This document shows, in pieces, positions 15,739-20,000 of a stretch of DNA of 20,000 nt. The stretch is from an uncultured virus (IMG/VR IMGVR_UViG_3300047157_000163). Its lineage: Duplodnaviria; Heunggongvirae; Uroviricota; Caudoviricetes; Crassvirales. The translations under genes and the position numbers were made by a program. Positions within the stretch are counted from its first letter, which is position 1, and each line of letters begins with the position of its first letter. The stretch is from the IMG/VR virus record IMGVR_UViG_3300047157_000163; one strand, given 5' to 3'. Below the pieces are notes generated by a model. The model saw nothing but the letters and a program-made list of their open reading frames with translations, ran no database searches and was not told where the DNA came from.

Positions 15739-18095
15739 TATACGACTGTTGTTTCAACCCAAAACTTATGGAAGTTATTATTATCATTACCACTTATCGG
15801 ATACATGTAGCTGTAGTTGTTGCCTGAGTATATTAAAGTAGCACTGCTTCTAGCTAAGCTTGACTCTGTAGCATGCTCGTGTTTGTAAACATTATAAGCG
15901 GTTACGAATCTTGCGTTTGCACTTGGTGCGTCCCATTGAACGTAGAAAGCTGTATTTAAATTTACAACGCTCATGTTAGTAGGCTCAAGCGGAGAGGTTA
16001 CAGAGTAAGATATACTTCCTGTTAAATCAGCAGATATAATACCGTTTTTAATAGCATACACCCTGTAAGCCTGTGTTCCTGTAGCATCAAAAGCATTGTC
16101 TATAATACTCATTGTAGCACCAAAATCGTCTGGTGCAATCATGGATATAAGACTATAGTCTCCTCCAGCAACGGAACTAAACACAAAATATGAGTCTATC
16201 CCAGAAGTTGCAGAGGCTGTAAATGTTACATTAACAGTGTCATTAACAACACTTAAAGATAAATTTGTTGGAGCAGCGGGAGCGGAATCTACAACGTATG
16301 TACTGTTAGAATCAAACTTAGTTGTGCCGCCAGCAACAAGTCTAATCCTGTCTGCGGTAAATCTTATATGAGTATTTGTGTCTCCATCGTGGACAACGTA
16401 TTCTGGAACATTAATATCACCACCTGTGGTTACATCACCTGCAAAAGTTGTTGAACCATCTGTGTTTATGGTTATTCTAGGTGTATAACTACCACCACCC
16501 ATAAATTCTACCGCTCCAGCATAACTCCAACCATATTGTAATTTATTACTACTTGCTCTTGCTATAGTTCTTACAGTACCACCAGAATCTAATGTTCTTA
16601 ACTCACCGCCATAAGGAAGTTCAATATGAGCACTTGGAACTATTTTACCTGCAAAAGTTGCGTTATGGTTAGCGTCTATAACTATACTATTGCCAGCCAC
16701 CGTAGCGACTCTACCAATAGCAAAATTAGTTCCCTCTGCTACTAAGTAACCATTTGTATCATTATCTCCTATTTGTACAAAAGCTCTGTTTGTCCTAGAC
16801 ATAAACTTAGCCACAGCACTTGCACCACCTTCGTGATTAACAACTAATTGTGCAGTAGCCCCAGATGTTAAAGCCCCAGCAGTAACATCCCCTGCAAAAG
16901 TTGAATTACCACTCTCAATAGATATAGCGGGAGTTGAACCGTTACCGTCTGCGTAAATACTAGTTACTGTACCGTTATCATGAAAAGCACCTCTAAAAGT
17001 ACCTGATGCATTATGTAAATAATACCCACCAGCAGCAGTATCTAACCTAACTTGGCTACCAACTACGTGTAGTTTTTGGGCAGGACTCGCAGTCCCGACA
17101 CCTAACTTTCCGTCAGACTTCATAGTTATTTTAGTGCTGGCTCCATAGCCAAACGCTAAATCTGTTGTACCATAAGCAGATATATTAAAATAATCACCAC
17201 CTGCAAAGTCTCCGTTTGACCCGTCTAACCAAATAGTTGCACCATCACTATACTCATTAAATGCAATAGCGGAGCTTCCGTCTTTTGCTCCAAAACTACC
17301 ACTTACATCTAGTTTGTAACCTGGAGTAGTAGTCCCGATACCTACGTTGCCCCCAGACCTTAATGTCATTATATCTGACATGCCTGTATTACCAGCGCTA
17401 TTAGCTAACTGAAATCTTAAATCAGCTATCCCATGGGCAGATGATTCTCCAGTTGTGTTTGGCCCTGGGGTAACCAGGTTGGCTTTAAAGTATTGTTTGT
17501 TTAATCCACCGTAGTCATCAACAGTTCTACTACTCCTACCCGTAAACATTGTATAGGTAGAATTAGAGACTATATTATTGGAAGAGTTTATTTTACCTAC
17601 AACGTGTAGTTTTTCTAAAGGAGCCGTAGTCCCAATACCAACGTTGCCTGTACTTAACACACTTATTCTTTCAGTTGGTGATGCTGAAGAATTATTCCCA
17701 GTTCTTATGTGAATATTACCTTGATTGTTATCAAAATTGGTATTCTCATTATTAGCTTGAATTGTGTTTAATACACCACCTGGAGTGAATAAAAATCCGT
17801 CTCTATCATTATCTGAATAATAAGGGCCTATTCTTAGATTTCCATTAACGTGTAAAAGTTGATTTGGGCTAGTCGTCCCAATACCTACGTTGCCACCACT
17901 TGCAATAAACATTTTAGTGGTTAATGCGGATCCTGTATATGTTTGAAGCGAAAGTGAGTAATTAGTTACTTGACCTTCTATAATGCGAGCATCACCATTA
18001 GCCCAGTCTATCTGCCCACCGCTTGGTAAATTAACCTCACTATTAAAAGTAGCATTTCCGGAGGCTGATAAGTCGCCTAATAATTTTACTGCCAT
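15738..18095 (-). CDS. Tail fibre protein with GNVGIGTTxP repeats and two C-terminal FN3-like domains, 785 aa
   Basis: Four G(N/K)(V/L)G(I/V)GTxxPxxxL(H/D)VxG units and three xTFAGx units. APAAPTNLSLSV..VNVTFTAS and PLEPTNMSVV..FYVQWDAP are FN3-like starts. Confidence 0.82.
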   Translation of the reverse strand: MAVKLLGDLSASGNATFNSEVNLPSGGQIDWANGDARIIEGQVTNYSLSLQTYTGSALTTKMFIASGGNVGIGTTSPNQLLHVNGNLRIGPYYSDNDRDGFLFTPGGVLNTIQANNENTNFDNNQGNIHIRTGNNSSASPTERISVLSTGNVGIGTTAPLEKLHVVGKINSSNNIVSNSTYTMFTGRSSRTVDDYGGLNKQYFKANLVTPGPNTTGESSAHGIADLRFQLANSAGNTGMSDIMTLRSGGNVGIGTTTPGYKLDVSGSFGAKDGSSAIAFNEYSDGATIWLDGSNGDFAGGDYFNISAYGTTDLAFGYGASTKITMKSDGKLGVGTASPAQKLHVVGSQVRLDTAAGGYYLHNASGTFRGAFHDNGTVTSIYADGNGSTPAISIESGNSTFAGDVTAGALTSGATAQLVVNHEGGASAVAKFMSRTNRAFVQIGDNDTNGYLVAEGTNFAIGRVATVAGNSIVIDANHNATFAGKIVPSAHIELPYGGELRTLDSGGTVRTIARASSNKLQYGWSYAGAVEFMGGGSYTPRITINTDGSTTFAGDVTTGGDINVPEYVVHDGDTNTHIRFTADRIRLVAGGTTKFDSNSTYVVDSAPAAPTNLSLSVVNDTVNVTFTASATSGIDSYFVFSSVAGGDYSLISMIAPDDFGATMSIIDNAFDATGTQAYRVYAIKNGIISADLTGSISYSVTSPLEPTNMSVVNLNTAFYVQWDAPSANARFVTAYNVYKHEHATESSLARSSATLIYSGNNYSYMYPISGNDNNNFHKFWVETTVV

Positions 18096-18104
18096 ATTAT
18101 ATTA

Positions 18105-18146
18105 ATTAATAAAGGGGAAGGAAGACCAAACTCCCTCCCCCTCTTT
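18105..18146 (-). terminator. Hairpin, probable intrinsic terminator or attenuator after the 531-aa gene
   Basis: Minus strand AGGGGGAGGGAG-TTTGGT-CTTCCTTCCCCT then TTATT: a 12-bp stem with two G-U pairs that form only on this strand. Confidence 0.65.
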
Positions 18147-18176
18147 TATTATTACACTAATTTAAGTATAATTAGC

Positions 18177-19772
18177 TTAAGTAGCCAATGCACCAACCGC
18201 AATAACAGTGTATGTTGCATCTGGAGCGTTAATTGTTATTGTCATGTCGCCAGAAGTAACTGTTTGACGTATGTCAACTAATACCAACTGTTTGGTTTCA
18301 TCATACACCTGAACATTAGCAGGAAATACTAAACCGTGGGTGGATTTTGCAATAGTAGCTGTACCTGAAGATGTTGTAACTTCTCCTGCGTATGCTGCTG
18401 GCTTGGAGTTAAGCTGCGTTTGAATTGCAGATGTAACCCCGTCTAAATACCCTATTTCTGTTTTAGTAACCGCTGAAGTAGCAACTTTACCATTAGTGTC
18501 GGATACTAGTGCTCTATTAGCTGTTAAATCAGAACCTGTAATTGTAGTAGCAGCACCAGTGATTGTTGCTTGCTTGCCGTTGATTTGAGTCTGTATAGCC
18601 GAAGTAACCCCGTCAACGTAGTTAAGTTCCGTACCACTAGCTGTTACCGTCGTGCCCTCGTAGTTTAAGCCGCTAGCGGGAAGTACTAAACTTGTTAAGT
18701 CCGCTGCTCCAAATTTGACGGCAGCAAGAGTACCACCCATAACTTCTTGCTCATTGGTAACATCAACGAGTGCTGTAAACTCACGCGCTGAATCGTCATA
18801 ACCAAAGAAACCAACGCGTGCTGCACTATTATCGTAGTAACGGAATTCAATACCACGGTCTTTGTTATCATCCGACGATGGCGCAGTAGCACCCCCAAGA
18901 GTAATTATAGGATCAGTAACAGAAATTGTAGTAGAATTAACAGTAGTAGTTGTACCACTTACCATTAAATTACCATCTACAATAACATCACCAGTAACCT
19001 GTACGTTAGGTGTATTTGTGCTGCTACCAATAACTATAGCTGTTGAACCTGAGCCGTGTACGTTTACAGCATGTGTAGTATCTAAAGCTGCAAGTGTAGC
19101 CGTTAAGTTTGTTCCTGATACACTGTCGTCTACCGGTGTTGCAAATGCAATTGTTCCAGCACCGTCTGTTTTCAAGAACTGACCCGCACTACCGTCAGAA
19201 GTGTTTAATCGAGCAACATCAATAGAGTTGTCTGCAATCTTAGCCGCTGTAACAGCGTCTGTTGCGATTAGAGCCGAGGTAATCTGAGCATCAGCAATCT
19301 TAGCAGTAGTTACTGCATCGGTTGCAAGTTTTGCCGTACCAACCGCACCATCTGCTAGTTTAGCTGAGGTAACAGCAGTTGCTGCGATATTCCCAGTAGC
19401 AATAGTAAGGGCGGCCATTTTAGCACCAGTTACCTGAGCGGCGCCAATCTTCGCGGTAGTTACCGCTCCGGCAGCAAGTTGTGTTGTACCTACACCGGCT
19501 GCTTTAATAGATAATGTATTCGAAGATAGTTCGAGTGTTGTACCATCTGCAGCAGCACCAACTAGTTCCCAATCGGAGCCGTTGTATACTTTTAACTTGT
19601 TTAATGTAGTATCATACGCAAACTGTCCTGTAGCAGGAGTTCCAACGCCTGCAATCTGTGTTGTAGTTAAGTTGTGAATTTGCGCGTTCCGGAGCTCGTT
19701 CTTCTGTAAATCTAAAAATGAGGAGAGACTTAAGCTCGTTGCGTCTAACCCCGATACAATCTTTAATGCCAT
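18177..19772 (-). CDS. Fibre-like virion structural protein, 531 aa
   Basis: GQFAYDTTLNKLKVYNGSDW motif, decapeptide repeats, two YxDGVTSAIQTQ repeats, and a C-terminal THGL..VQVYD domain. Confidence 0.8.
   Translation of the reverse strand: MALKIVSGLDATSLSLSSFLDLQKNELRNAQIHNLTTTQIAGVGTPATGQFAYDTTLNKLKVYNGSDWELVGAAADGTTLELSSNTLSIKAAGVGTTQLAAGAVTTAKIGAAQVTGAKMAALTIATGNIAATAVTSAKLADGAVGTAKLATDAVTTAKIADAQITSALIATDAVTAAKIADNSIDVARLNTSDGSAGQFLKTDGAGTIAFATPVDDSVSGTNLTATLAALDTTHAVNVHGSGSTAIVIGSSTNTPNVQVTGDVIVDGNLMVSGTTTTVNSTTISVTDPIITLGGATAPSSDDNKDRGIEFRYYDNSAARVGFFGYDDSAREFTALVDVTNEQEVMGGTLAAVKFGAADLTSLVLPASGLNYEGTTVTASGTELNYVDGVTSAIQTQINGKQATITGAATTITGSDLTANRALVSDTNGKVATSAVTKTEIGYLDGVTSAIQTQLNSKPAAYAGEVTTSSGTATIAKSTHGLVFPANVQVYDETKQLVLVDIRQTVTSGDMTITINAPDATYTVIAVGALAT
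19203..19502 (-). repeat. About 10 tandem degenerate 10-aa repeats (consensus xxAVTTAKIA)
   Basis: aa 91-190: AAGVGTTQLA AGAVTTAKIG AAQVTGAKMA ALTIATGNIA ATAVTSAKLA DGAVGTAKLA TDAVTTAKIA DAQITSALIA TDAVTAAKIA DNSIDVARLN. Confidence 0.9.
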
Positions 19773-19795
19773 TGTTTTTTGTTTTTGTTTCTTGT

Positions 19796-20000
19796 TTAGT
19801 TAAAATAGGCTTTTCCAGAGTATGGAGTGGAGAACCTTAATTCTACCTGATTTAAAGAGGTATACTCAACCTCACATATAATTACATTGTCAGTGCTGTC
19901 CACTACGGATACAGCGGGTTGCTTATCTAAATTGTGTGTTATTGTCCATGTAGCTGCCGCAGATGATTGCACATGCGTGTACTTTTTATCCGTACCCGAA
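19796..20000 (-). CDS. 3' end of a virion protein with a WTITHNL..PAVSVVD domain (5' partial)
   Basis: Manual translation: SGTDKKYTHVQSSAAATWTITHNLDKQPAVSVVDSTDNVIICEVEYTSLNQVELRFSTPYSGKAYFN*. Resembles the C-terminal domain of the 531-aa protein. Confidence 0.8.
   Translation of the reverse strand, partial: SGTDKKYTHVQSSAAATWTITHNLDKQPAVSVVDSTDNVIICEVEYTSLNQVELRFSTPYSGKAYFN

Noticed and set aside
11279..16403. Diversity-generating retroelement template/variable repeats in the fibre genes
   Set aside because: No reverse transcriptase is in the window, both copies of each repeat are coding, and the differences are not adenine-specific.
363..19182. All plus-strand ORFs in the track, and nested minus-strand ORFs (636-1130, 5654-5866, 8661-8873, 18695-18898)
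   Set aside because: They are shadows of well-supported minus-strand genes, with no motifs or coupling of their own.
19203..19502. CRISPR-like array from the 30-nt periodicity
   Set aside because: These are degenerate in-frame coding repeats with no constant repeat plus unique spacer structure.
1..20000. Stop-codon reassignment as in some crAss-like phages
   Set aside because: Long genes are intact in the standard code. Reading through the TGA at 541 or 3552 hits further stops and does not restore the proteins.

Overview
Late (virion assembly and packaging) region of a tailed dsDNA phage, with every credible gene on the minus strand and tight TAATG/ATGA coupling. A/T-rich leaders with no Shine-Dalgarno suggest a Bacteroidota (Flavobacteriia-like) host (inference). 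In transcription order (right to left) it contains: a run of tail-fibre and virion proteins (partial gene, 531, 785, 53, 598, 916 aa, a 319-aa LamG adhesin, 39 aa); a putative holin; a phage chaperonin cassette (94-aa ORF, groEL, groES, wHTH-like ORF); several small ORFs; a 196-aa protein that looks like two fused GroES domains; a putative terminase small subunit; and the terminase large subunit, broken by two 1-nt homopolymer insertions. The main structural oddity is a head-to-tail 3007-bp repeat (3940-6946 / 6947-9953) covering the chaperonin cassette. It has a junction without microhomology, four differences that are all synonymous, and a decapitated extra holin copy. It may be a real amplification, joined terminally redundant genome ends, or an assembly of two strains. 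The best candidate for a little-described system is the phage folding kit: GroEL plus a roofless GroES plus a Cpn20-like tandem GroES. Family assignments come from motif recognition by eye; no searches were run.
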